A stretch of DNA of 46,169 nt, from assembly GCF_963974425.1 (NCBI RefSeq), contig NZ_CAXBCK010000030.1:1-46169 (forward strand), in the 5' to 3' direction. Shown one piece after another: positions 10,514-21,300 of the stretch. The stretch is from an uncultured Marixanthomonas sp. GTDB taxonomy: Bacteria > Bacteroidota > Bacteroidia > Flavobacteriales > Flavobacteriaceae. Each line of letters begins with the position of its first letter. Positions within the stretch are counted from its first letter, which is position 1. Position numbers and translations under genes: made by a program. The notes under the pieces were generated by a model. It saw nothing but the letters and a program-made list of their open reading frames with translations. It searched no databases and was not told where the DNA came from.

Positions 10514-10540
10514 TAAAAGGGGTGAAAACCCTTTTACTGG
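10514..10540 (-). terminator. Candidate terminator hairpin ~120 nt downstream of rtcB (minus strand)
   Basis: 'aaaagggg tgaaaa cccctttt'-type stem flanked by an A-run and T-rich sequence. On the minus strand it reads GGGUUUUCACCCCUUUUAUUUAU. Confidence 0.35.
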
Positions 10541-10656
10541 GGCTCCCTGAAAAGGTAAATTTTCAAAGTTTATAATTTTTTTTAAAAACTATAAAAATCA
10601 AAATCAAAAAACTCTTACAAAATAACATTAAAAACCCGCCATATAGTACCATCTTA

Positions 10657-12220
<1,564 letters not shown>

Positions 12221-13252
12221 ATGGCTATAACTAAAAATGCACTTATACGCTACAAAACCATAGATAAATGTCTGCAAAATAGATATCGTAAATGGGCTTT
12301 AAAAGATTTAATGCAAGCCTGTAGTGATGCTTTATATGAATTTGAGGGGCGTGATATAAATGTGAGCAAGCGGACAATACAATTAGACATACAATTGTTG
12401 CGTAGCGATAAATTAGGATATAGTGCTCCTATAGAGGTATATGACCGAAAATATTATCGATATAGTGACTTCAATTATACCATTACAGATATTCCTCTAA
12501 CGGAAAACGACATGAATGTCCTTACTGAAACAATGAACATGCTCAAACAATTTCAGGACTTTTCATTATTACAGGAGTTTAAAGGAATCATTAATAAATT
12601 GGAGGATAAAATTTTTACCGAGAAAAATAATAAGCCTGCAATTATTCATTTGGACAAAAACACAGACCTAAAAGGGTTAGAGCTGCTAGATGAACTCTAT
12701 CAAGCCATTTTAAAGAAAGTTGTTTTAAAGATCATGTATCAATCCTTCAAGGCTCAGTGTCCTTCTGAGATTATTTTTCATCCTCATTTGTTAAAAGAAT
12801 TTAATAATCGTTGGTTTTTAGTAGGTAGAAAAACGGAGAGTAGCAGAGTTCTAACGTTTGCTCTGGATAGAATCCTGGGGGTGGATTATGACTTTGAAAC
12901 AGAATACATACCTATAGGTTTTAATGCCGATTCTTATTATGAAAACACGATAGGCGTTACTGTTTTTGATCAGCAAAAACCTCAAGAATTAATTTTCAAA
13001 GTAGATAAAAAAAACGCCCCATATATTGTAACAAAACCATTCCATACTACACAAGAACTTGTTAAGGAACATCCCGATGGCAGCATAACTTTTAGTATTG
13101 AGGTGCACCATAACTATGAGTTGGAGCGCTTACTTCTTGGGTTTGGTGAAAGTCTGGAAGTATTAGCCCCTCGATTGCTCAGGAGAAATGTAAAACGAAA
13201 ACTGGAAAAGGCGGCAGGATTATATTATAAGGAAAAACCTTTAAAAATATAA
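12221..13252 (+). CDS. WYL-domain transcriptional regulator (N-terminal wHTH, central WYL domain, C-terminal WCX-like region; YafY/PafBC-like architecture)
   Basis: 343 aa. The N-terminal ~60-70 aa ('...IRYKTIDKCL...TIQLDIQLLRSDKLGYSAP') is assigned as the HTH. WYL-type block 'IMYQSFKAQCPSEIIFHPHLLKEFNNRWFLVGRKTESSRVLTFALDRI' (the RWFLVG here corresponds to the W-Y-L signature). Conserved C-terminal extension. Confidence 0.8.
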   Translation: MAITKNALIRYKTIDKCLQNRYRKWALKDLMQACSDALYEFEGRDINVSKRTIQLDIQLLRSDKLGYSAPIEVYDRKYYRYSDFNYTITDIPLTENDMNVLTETMNMLKQFQDFSLLQEFKGIINKLEDKIFTEKNNKPAIIHLDKNTDLKGLELLDELYQAILKKVVLKIMYQSFKAQCPSEIIFHPHLLKEFNNRWFLVGRKTESSRVLTFALDRILGVDYDFETEYIPIGFNADSYYENTIGVTVFDQQKPQELIFKVDKKNAPYIVTKPFHTTQELVKEHPDGSITFSIEVHHNYELERLLLGFGESLEVLAPRLLRRNVKRKLEKAAGLYYKEKPLKI

Positions 13253-13260
13253 AAATGCAT

Positions 13261-14016
13261 TTATAATGAAGATTTAATTTTTGCAAATTCCTGTTCTAAG
13301 AATTGTAATTTTTCTTCTATCCCGTCTTGAAAGTCGGGAATACGGTGGTAAAAAACATAGCGAATACGCCATAACTCCTTAATTTTTTTTAAGGGAATTG
13401 CGATTTCCTCAACATTCTTATGGTCTGCTCTTAGTACCATTTCTTGACTAGTGATGTATAGCCTTCGTAAGATTAGCTGATTTTCAAATAAGACCAAAAC
13501 TAAAATTCCATTGTTTAACTTTTTAAAGACTTTATTAGGAACGTACTCTCCTATAACTACATCTTTAGGAAAAAGACCTTTGTCATTTTTGCTCATCTCT
13601 AAATTTTCAACGGTATAGCCTCTAAATGTTTTTTCCGGATTGATAGGGAGTTGCAAGCATGGCATTGTATTGACAAATGGATTTTTATCATAAAAGGCAA
13701 TATAGTCTTGGCTGTTTTTTTGAGTAATACAAGGGACGCTTGCAAGTACCTCCTTATTGAGGTCTTTATGATTTGTAGTTAGATTTCCCTTAAACTTTAA
13801 AAGTTTATTGACCGTTAATTCTTTTGTTAGCAAATCATCTATGGGGATGCTAAAATAATTAGCAATTTTAATTATGGTTTCAATTTTTGGCTCACTACGA
13901 CCTTCTTCGTAAGCCCCTAGTGTACCACGCTTTAAGTCAAATAGTTCAGCAAAAGATTGCTGACTCAACGTTTTTACACTTCTTATTTTTCGAATGTTTT
14001 TACCAAAAAAAGACAT
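13261..14016 (-). CDS. XRE-family HTH repressor with C-terminal LexA/S24-peptidase-like domain lacking the catalytic Ser/Lys dyad
   Basis: 251 aa. N-terminal 'IRKIRSVKTLSQQSFAELFDLKRGTLGAYEEGRSEPKIETIIKIANYFSIPIDDLL' XRE HTH. The C-terminus aligns to LexA 'VEGDSM...NGQVVVARIDDEVTVKRL' as 'VENLEM...NNGILVLVLFENQLILRRL', i.e. Ser->Glu and Lys->Arg. Confidence 0.75.
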   Translation of the reverse strand: MSFFGKNIRKIRSVKTLSQQSFAELFDLKRGTLGAYEEGRSEPKIETIIKIANYFSIPIDDLLTKELTVNKLLKFKGNLTTNHKDLNKEVLASVPCITQKNSQDYIAFYDKNPFVNTMPCLQLPINPEKTFRGYTVENLEMSKNDKGLFPKDVVIGEYVPNKVFKKLNNGILVLVLFENQLILRRLYITSQEMVLRADHKNVEEIAIPLKKIKELWRIRYVFYHRIPDFQDGIEEKLQFLEQEFAKIKSSL

Positions 14017-14020
14017 GAAT

Positions 14021-14104
14021 TTGCTAATTTAATTTGCAATTTAAAATAATAATTGTATCTTCGTCTAACAATATTAGCAAAAAGGAATGAATTTAGCTAA
14101 TTTA
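14021..14104. promoter_or_regulatory. Candidate operator/promoter region at the XRE-S24 gene start (divergent from the PspA cluster)
   Basis: Imperfect palindrome 'TTGCTAATTTAATTTGCAA' (14021-14039, 16/19 self-complementary) begins 5 nt upstream of the start codon. A related 'TTAGCTAATTTA' direct copy lies at 14093-14104. Confidence 0.25.
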
Positions 14105-14282
14105 TTGAGCAATTGCTTTTCTTTTTAACGATACCATTCTGTAATATTTTAAAACTCACTGTTATGACTGTATTAATTTCTTGCATTTTGTTAATCTCGA
14201 TTACTTTTTTGTAGTCTTGAATTTTTTTTATTCGTATTATTAACCTCTTTAAAAATTTTAAATTAAACTGAAACACAACATT

Positions 14283-14678
14283 ATGAAAAGCCATTTCAAC
14301 ATTACGAGGGACTTTTTACTCGAACTTAATTTCAATATAACCCAAGAGAATATAGAGGATGGAGTTCTTGTAGTTCAAAAAGAAAACTCAGGAATAAGAA
14401 ACTTAATTTTAGGTGTAGCTCCTCCTATTTTGATTGTAGAACAGTTTATTTTTAAGATTAACAATCAATCTGAAAAGGTTTTTAAAAGTCTACTGCAAAA
14501 GAATCGAGATATTATACACGGTGCTTTTGTTCTGGATGAAACAGGTGAAAAAGTAATTTTTAGGGATACTTTACAAATTGAAAATCTAGATATGAACGAA
14601 CTGGAAGGTAGCCTAAACTCATTAAGCTTGCTTATGAGCGAATACTCAGAACAGATCATTGAATTCTCTAAATACTAA
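14283..14678 (+). CDS. Small cytoplasmic protein, YbjN/YjfI-like (T3SS-chaperone-like fold family) - tentative
   Basis: 131 aa, no signal peptide or TM. Size and alternating beta/alpha character fit YbjN-type domains. It sits 11 nt upstream of pspA. The family call is from memory and weak. Confidence 0.55.
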   Translation: MKSHFNITRDFLLELNFNITQENIEDGVLVVQKENSGIRNLILGVAPPILIVEQFIFKINNQSEKVFKSLLQKNRDIIHGAFVLDETGEKVIFRDTLQIENLDMNELEGSLNSLSLLMSEYSEQIIEFSKY

Positions 14679-14689
14679 AACTCAACATT

Positions 14690-15412
14690 ATGAATATATT
14701 TAAGCGATTATTTAAAATAGGTCAGGCTGAAACCAATTCGGCTATTGATAACATGGAAGATCCAATTAAAATGACCGAACAAGGGATCCGTGATATGAAA
14801 CAAGATCTGGACAAAAGTCTAGAAGCATTGGCGCAAGTTAAAGCATTGGCAATTCGTGCCAAAAATGAACAGGATGAACACCAAAACAAAGCCGATGAAT
14901 ATCAAAATAAGGCAATTACTATTCTAAAAAAAGGGCATAGTAAGGAAATTGAAGCTTCAGAGGCAGATCGATTAGCTAAAGAAGCCTTACTTCAAAAAGA
15001 AAAAGCAGAGCAGCAAGTACTGCGAGCTAAAGAGGAATCTGAGAAGTTTGACAACAATGTAGCGCAATTACAAAAGAACGTTCAGAGTATTAAAATAAAC
15101 ATTGGTAATTGGGAAAATGAACTGAAAACACTTAAAGCACGTGTAAAAGTAAGCAATGCTACTAAAAACTTGAACAAACAAATGGCAGAGCTTGACAGCA
15201 CTGGTACAGTTTCTATGTTAGAGCGCATGAAAGAAAAAGTAGCACAGGAAGAGGCACTTGCTGAAGCTTATGGAGATATTGCAAATGCGTCAAAATCTGT
15301 TGATGAAGAGATTGATAAAGCTGCAGATACTTCAAAGGCAAAAGCTGATGACGAACTGGCTAGATTAAAAGACCAATTAGGATTAAACAATACAAACTCT
15401 AAAGACGCATAA
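14690..15412 (+). CDS. pspA: PspA/IM30/Vipp1-family protein (bacterial ESCRT-III superfamily)
   Basis: 240 aa. N-terminus 'MNIFKRLFKIGQAETNSAIDNMEDPIKMTEQGIRDMKQDLDKSLEALAQVKALA' matches the PspA signature (M.IF.R......N.N..LDK.EDP.KM.EQ.IR.M...L). The rest is long coiled coil. Confidence 0.9.
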   Translation: MNIFKRLFKIGQAETNSAIDNMEDPIKMTEQGIRDMKQDLDKSLEALAQVKALAIRAKNEQDEHQNKADEYQNKAITILKKGHSKEIEASEADRLAKEALLQKEKAEQQVLRAKEESEKFDNNVAQLQKNVQSIKINIGNWENELKTLKARVKVSNATKNLNKQMAELDSTGTVSMLERMKEKVAQEEALAEAYGDIANASKSVDEEIDKAADTSKAKADDELARLKDQLGLNNTNSKDA

Positions 15413-15414
15413 CG

Positions 15415-16131
15415 GTGACAAACCTTTTGAATATACTCTTTTCTGAAGTCAATATGGTCTTGACCATCCTACTTATTTTATTGATTATCTATTGGATTAT
15501 CACTATGATAGGAGGGTTGGATTTTGATTTCGATTTTGATGTAGAGGTAGACATGGACGTGGATGCCGATATAGATATAGATTCTGGTATTGAAGGGGGG
15601 AGCATGGATTTTGAGGACATCTCAAATGCTGAGGTAAATCAAGAAGATGTGGTTGGTAAACGGCGTAAACCCTTAAAATGGTGGCAGGTTTTGCTAATCT
15701 ATTTCAACTTTGTGGGACTGCCCTTTATGTTCACCTTTACCTTTTGGATTTTTATTTGGTGGTTCATAACAGTTTTAACAACAGCCATTACTTTTACATA
15801 TGATAATTTTATTGGGTTTGTGATTATGTTATTGGCATTTTTTCCAGCCTTATTTATTAATAAAATTGTTACCAACCCTTTTAAAGGCTTCTTTAAGAAT
15901 TTAAACAAAGATGGAGATGCGCCTATTGATTATCTGGGGCGCAAAGGAACATTACTTTCTTCAATCTCTGAGGATAAAATGGGAAATGCTGAAATTAAAG
16001 TAGACGGGAATACAATGTCTGTCTATGTGAAATCCTTGACAGGTGAACCCTTACCCTACGGAAGTAGTATACTCATAATCAAACGGTCCTCAGACCATAA
16101 TTATTTTTTAGTACAAACATATAACGATTAA
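15415..16131 (+). CDS. YqiJ/NfeD-like membrane protein (flotillin partner): acidic repeat, multi-TM core, C-terminal NfeD-type OB/beta-barrel domain
   Basis: GTG start 2 nt after the pspA stop. Alternative start ATG at 15454 (MVLTILLILLIIYWII). 'DFDFDFDVEVDMDVDADIDIDS' acidic tract, then hydrophobic helices. C-terminal 'GRKGTLLSSISEDKMGNAEIKVDGNTMSVYVKSLTGEPLPYGSSILIIKRSSDHNYFLVQ' resembles the NfeD short beta-barrel. Position before a flotillin gene matches E. coli yqiJ-yqiK and B. subtilis nfeD-floT. Confidence 0.75.
   Translation: MTNLLNILFSEVNMVLTILLILLIIYWIITMIGGLDFDFDFDVEVDMDVDADIDIDSGIEGGSMDFEDISNAEVNQEDVVGKRRKPLKWWQVLLIYFNFVGLPFMFTFTFWIFIWWFITVLTTAITFTYDNFIGFVIMLLAFFPALFINKIVTNPFKGFFKNLNKDGDAPIDYLGRKGTLLSSISEDKMGNAEIKVDGNTMSVYVKSLTGEPLPYGSSILIIKRSSDHNYFLVQTYND
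15521..15583 (+). repeat. Imperfect GAT-period microrepeat encoding the (D-F/V/M/I)n acidic tract
   Basis: 'gattttgatttcgattttgatgtagaggtagacatggacgtggatgccgatatagatatagat'. Confidence 0.4.
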
Positions 16132-16145
16132 ACACCCAAACATTT

Positions 16146-18212
16146 ATGGAATCAATTTTACCAATTATTGGCATTGGAATAGGTATTTTACTGTTCCTTA
16201 TTATAGTATACTTTGCGATTATTGCGATGTTTTACAAAAAAGTCGCTCAAGGTCAAGCTCTTATCCGAACTGGTTTTGGCGGAACTAAAGTAGCAACCGA
16301 CAAAGGATTATATGTAGTTCCTGTTTTTCACAAGGTGGAAATTATGGACGTTTCGGTCAAAAAAATTCAGATTGAACGCCTCGCTCACGAAGGGCTTATC
16401 TGTAAGGATAATATGAGAGCAGATATCAAAGTTGCCTTTTTTGTTCGTGTAAACAACGATATAGAATACATAAAAAAAGTAGCTCAAACTATTGGTGTAA
16501 ATCGGGCATCGCGAATTGAAACCTTAGAAGATCTTTTTGAGGCGAAATTTTCCGAAGCTTTAAAAACCGTTGGTAAAAAATTCGATTTTATAGAATTATA
16601 TGAAGCTCGTCGTGAATTTCGTGACGAGATTGTAAATATTATCGGGACAGACCTTAATGGATATACATTAGAGGATTGTGCGATTGATTTCTTAGAACAA
16701 ACAGCCGTTACAGCTTTAAAAGCAGATAATATCCTGGATGCGGAAGGGATTAAGAAAATTACCGAGTTGACTGCTGTACAAAATGTAAAAGCCAATTTAA
16801 TCAAGCGAGATGAAGAAAAGACCATCCGTAAACAAGATGTGGAAGCTCGGGAGGCTATTTTGGAATTAGATAAGCAGTTAGCTGAAAAAGAAGAGCAACA
16901 AAAACGAGAGATTGCAAATATAACGGCTCGGGAAGAAGCTGAAACATTAAAGGTTTCTGAAGAAGAACGCTTAAAATCTGAAACAGCACGTATTGCAACA
17001 TTAGAAAAAGTGAAAGTTGCCGAAGAAAACATGGAGCGTCAAATAATCGTTGCGTTCAAGAACAAGCAACGTACTGATGCCGTAGAGACCGAACGAGTTG
17101 AAAAAGACCGTTTATTAGAAGCCACAGAGCGAGAGCGAGTGGTTACTTTAGCTCAAATTGAAAAAGAAAAGGTAGTTGAAGTAGAGAAGAAGAATATTCA
17201 AGATGTAATTCGTGACCGAGTAACACTTGAAAAAGGAGTGGTTGAAGAGCAGGAAAATATGAAGGACATTGAAGCCTTTAAAACTGCAGACCGTGAGAAA
17301 CAGGTGAAAATCACTATTGCTGAAGCTTCTGCTCAAGAAGATCTTATTAAGACTATTAAAGCTGCCGAAGCACAAAAAGAAGCGGCCAAACAAAAAGCCG
17401 AAGAAATTAATATTGAAGCACTAGCACATAAAGAAGCTAGTGAGAAACAAGCTGAAGCCCGTAAGATATTGGCTGAAGCACAAGCTAAAGAAGAAGCAAC
17501 TGTAGGTCTGTCTGAAGCACAAGTAATGCACGCAAAAGCAGATGCTAACGAACGTCAAGGGATTGTAGAGGCATCTATTATCGAGAAAAAAGCAAAAGCT
17601 GAAGCAGAAGGGATTCAAGCCAAAGCTGAAGCAAAACGTAAAGATGGTCTTGCCGAAGCAGATGTGATTAAAGAGAAAGCACTTGCTGATGCTGCCGGAA
17701 TTGAAGAGAAAGCCAATGCAATGAAGAAACTAGACGGTGTAGGAAAAGAACACGAAGAGTTTAAATTGAGATTGGATAAAGAATTACAAGTAGATTTGGC
17801 ACACATCAATATTCAAAAGGATATTGCAGATGCGCAGGCCCAAGTTATCGGAGATGCATTAAAAGCTGCTAAGATTGATATTGTAGGTGGAGAAACTATG
17901 TTCTTCGACCAGATAATCGGACAGATTACAAAGGCCAAAGGATATGACCGACTCGTTGAAAACAGTACCAATGTTCAAGATGTTAAAAATGCCATTTTAG
18001 GCAGCGAAGACGTAAAAGGAAACTTGTTAGAAAAAGTTCGAGAGTTTGCGGATAAATACGGAATCTCTTCCGAAGATATCAAAAACCTGACCATCGCAAA
18101 CCTCTTGTCGAGTTTAAGACAGAAGTCTGATGATACTGAAGAGCATACCATGTTGACCAATTTGACTAACCTTGCAAAAGGATTGGGTATCTCCAATAGC
18201 AAATTGAAATAA
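16146..18212 (+). CDS. Flotillin-family SPFH/band-7 protein (YqiK/FloT-like) with long Glu/Ala/Lys-rich coiled-coil
   Basis: 688 aa. N-terminal TM 'ILPIIGIGIGILLFLIIVYFAIIAMF'. SPFH block 'ALIRTGFGGTKVATDKGLYVVPVFHKVEIMDVSVKKIQIER...'. Extensive 'AEAQAKEEA...KAKAEAEGIQAKAEAKRK' flotillin-type repeats. Confidence 0.9.
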   Translation: MESILPIIGIGIGILLFLIIVYFAIIAMFYKKVAQGQALIRTGFGGTKVATDKGLYVVPVFHKVEIMDVSVKKIQIERLAHEGLICKDNMRADIKVAFFVRVNNDIEYIKKVAQTIGVNRASRIETLEDLFEAKFSEALKTVGKKFDFIELYEARREFRDEIVNIIGTDLNGYTLEDCAIDFLEQTAVTALKADNILDAEGIKKITELTAVQNVKANLIKRDEEKTIRKQDVEAREAILELDKQLAEKEEQQKREIANITAREEAETLKVSEEERLKSETARIATLEKVKVAEENMERQIIVAFKNKQRTDAVETERVEKDRLLEATERERVVTLAQIEKEKVVEVEKKNIQDVIRDRVTLEKGVVEEQENMKDIEAFKTADREKQVKITIAEASAQEDLIKTIKAAEAQKEAAKQKAEEINIEALAHKEASEKQAEARKILAEAQAKEEATVGLSEAQVMHAKADANERQGIVEASIIEKKAKAEAEGIQAKAEAKRKDGLAEADVIKEKALADAAGIEEKANAMKKLDGVGKEHEEFKLRLDKELQVDLAHINIQKDIADAQAQVIGDALKAAKIDIVGGETMFFDQIIGQITKAKGYDRLVENSTNVQDVKNAILGSEDVKGNLLEKVREFADKYGISSEDIKNLTIANLLSSLRQKSDDTEEHTMLTNLTNLAKGLGISNSKLK

Positions 18213-18216
18213 GACC

Positions 18217-18260
18217 CCTGTTGCGGAAGTCACCCTCCTAAAAAACAGGAAAGGTGACTT
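18217..18260 (+). promoter_or_regulatory. Two crossing (mutually exclusive or pseudoknot) stem-loops in the flotillin / ATPase intergenic region
   Basis: Stem A pairs 'cctgtt' (18217-18222) with 'aacagg' (18244-18249). Stem B pairs 'aagtcacc' (18227-18234) with 'ggtgactt' (18253-18260). The 3' arm of A lies inside the loop of B. No strong T-run follows. Confidence 0.3.
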
Positions 18261-18367
18261 TCAAAACTATCTATCGTACGGGTATAAATTCTCGTATAAA
18301 AAAATTGTTACTCTTTTTTAATAAATTGGCACTATAGCGAACATTAAGCAACTAAAATTTTCATCGT

Positions 18368-21300
18368 TTGGAAAAACGACTTGCCATGGCAGAACAACTT
18401 TCAGAAGATAAAAAAAATAAAAACCAATCCTTGGATGGTGGTACTTATGAGATCATCCAGAACCGTTTACAAAAACAAAAAACCGAGCTGCAGGACCGCT
18501 TACAAAAACTTAATGCAGATAGAAAGGATATTTTTGGTTCACTAGAAACCAAATTAATTGCGAACGACCGCATCAATACTGAAAACAATTGTATTGCACA
18601 AGACATCGTTTCTTTAGACAACATCTGTTTGTTTGGATATAATGTGCATTTTGGTTTACGAACAGAGATAACTTTGTCTGATGTGTTTAGTGTCTATGAG
18701 TTTAAAGACAATCGATTTGAACCAAAGCCGTTAGACTTGCTGGATAATGAAACCTTTAAAACTGATTTCACCAATCTATATAAATACTACCGGAACACCA
18801 TTTTCTCCAAGTTCGCCATTATTGGTAACTATTTACATATGGTTTTTCAACTCAGTGAAAGTGTTACTGATATTAAGACTTTTAAGTGGCTCATTAAAGA
18901 AAACAATTTAGAGTACATAGATAATCGGAGTGACCACGAATATAAATTTCCAGCACAACATGAATTTAAGTGGTTAGATGTAACTAGAGATATGCACCGG
19001 TATGGCGTTCATTCACATGTTTCTATTCTTGATCGTATTTTTGTAGAAACCATTAGTGGTGACTTAACAATTAAAATTGAAGACAATACCGAAGATGGAA
19101 AAGGAATCCTTTCAGAACCAGTTGAACATGTAGACCAAACCTTGGACGATGGTCAATACCGTTATGCAGATTTAGGCAATTTAATAGTCTTAGAAATTAA
19201 ACCTTTTCAGGAGTCATCAAGGTATTTTGTGTACAACCACAAACTTCAAGAAGTTCAAAAAATTGAAAGCATTAAGGATGCTTGTGTTTTGTTGCCAGAT
19301 GATCAGGGAATCATATTTCCAACAGGATATTATTTGCAAACAGGAGAGTATAACATTTTTGATAATGCGATTTCCAATGTCAAGTTTGAGCAAAAGATCG
19401 CATCGCCCAATGGGGAAGATTATCTGTATATATTTTATTCGGCACATGAAGGCTTATATAACTTAATGTCTTATAATGTAATAACCCAAAAAATAAATAC
19501 CCCAATTATCTGTAATGGTTTTACAGTCTTAGAAAACGGGGAGTTGTGTTATTTTAAGACAGAAGCAGAGCAGACAAAGCATCATATTATCCAGATTTGG
19601 CAAACTCCATTTTTAAAAGGAGACTTTATGCCTTCACAGCATGAAGATACGCTATTATATAAAATTGGGAATAAGGATGTTGTAAAAGCCATGGCCGAGG
19701 TCAATGGACTAATTAACCTATTGAACAAAGAGGATAATTACGATGGACTTTACAACGATATTTCCAAATTTTCCAAAGATATCCTCGATGCATATTATTG
19801 GCTCCCTGAAAAAGAAACACAAGAATTAAACCAGCCGCTACAGCAAATTAACAAAACGGCCAATGCAGCGATTGATGAGTTTCAGAAAGTAATACAACTT
19901 AAAAGAAATGCTGCCAAACAGACCGAGGAAGTTCGAGAAAAAGCAGAGGCACTGTTTAGTAAGATAAAAAGCACTTCGTTTAAGTCTATTAACGATTTTG
20001 TCTATTTATTGACACAGTTACGTACCTTACGAGGCGAAGTTATTTCACTTAAAGATGTTCGGTATGTGAATATTGAATTCACCAATAAGTTAGAAGAGGA
20101 AATAGCTTTACAAACTCAGAAAATATCCGAGCGCTGTGTCCAATTTCTATTACATGAAAAAGCACTACAGCCATATCATGATGCTATTGCAGAAAAACAG
20201 AACACTTTAGGTAAAGTAAGCAAGGTTATTGAAGCCCGAAAACTGGAAGATGAAATCAACCAAATTGCGGCAGACCTTGAGTTGTTAATTGATATTGTTT
20301 CCAATCTAGATATAGAGGACACGGCACATTCTACAGAGATTATTGATGCTATTTCACTTATTTTCGCAACCATTAATCAATTAAAAGCGGCACTCAAAAA
20401 CAAGAAGAAATCTCTTGGTAGTGAAGAAGCACACGCTGACTTTGCTGCACAGTTAAAATTGATTGATCAAAGTATTATCAATTATCTTGATATTGCAGTA
20501 ACACCTGAAAAGTGTGACGAATTTCAGACCAAAATATCCATTCAATTAGAAGAACTAGAAGGTAAATTCTCAGACTTTGAAGAATTTATTTCCTCGATTA
20601 TCGAAAAACGGGAAGAAGTTTATGCTGCTTTTGAATCTCGTAAAAACTCTTTGATTGAGAAACGAAATAAAAAAGCCTTGGCATTTCAAAATGCTTCCGA
20701 ACGAATTTTGAAAGGAGTCCAGAAGAAAGCTGAAAGTTTTAACACATCTGCCGAAATCAACGGTTATTTTGCTTCAGATCTTATGATCAACAAGGTTCGA
20801 GATATTGTTAAGCAATTAAAGGAATTAGACGATAGTGGTAAAGCTGAAGAAATTGAAACCAGCTTAAAGACCGCTAGAGAAGATGCTTTAAGAAAACTAA
20901 AGGATAAGCAAGACCTTTACGAAGACGGTGATACTATTATCCGTTTAGGAAATCATAAATTTGGAGTTAATAAGCAACCGTTAGATTTGACGATTGTTTT
21001 TAAAAATGGTTCTTTAAATTATCATTTAACGGGTACCGATTTTTATCAAGAACTCACCGATAAAACTTTATTACAATCCCGTCATTTATGGGATCAGGAG
21101 TTTGTTTCCGAAACAAGTGAAATTTATCGTTCTGCTTACCTTGCATACAAATTGTTTAAAAAATTACCCAAAGACCAGATGAAACAAGCTTCAGCCGAAG
21201 CCTTGCTTAAAATGGTACAGGAAGAAAGCCGCAGTGATTATTCCGAAGGATATATTAAAGGGGTTCATGATGTAGATGCTACTAAAATATTGCATGTATT

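Noticed and set aside
13241-13270. AT-rich palindrome 'ataAAAATGCATTTataa' spanning the convergent WYL and XRE-S24 stop codons as a bidirectional terminator
   Set aside because: Stem is only A/T with a 4-bp GC core and no flanking U-tracts independent of the stem. Too weak to call a terminator.
16484-17032. 182-aa minus-strand ORF (also 17148-17393, 17421-17618, 17615-17809, 17975-18202)
   Set aside because: Entirely inside the flotillin gene on the opposite strand. The Ser/Ala/Phe-rich low-complexity translation is a typical shadow of the GAA/GCT-rich coiled-coil coding sequence.
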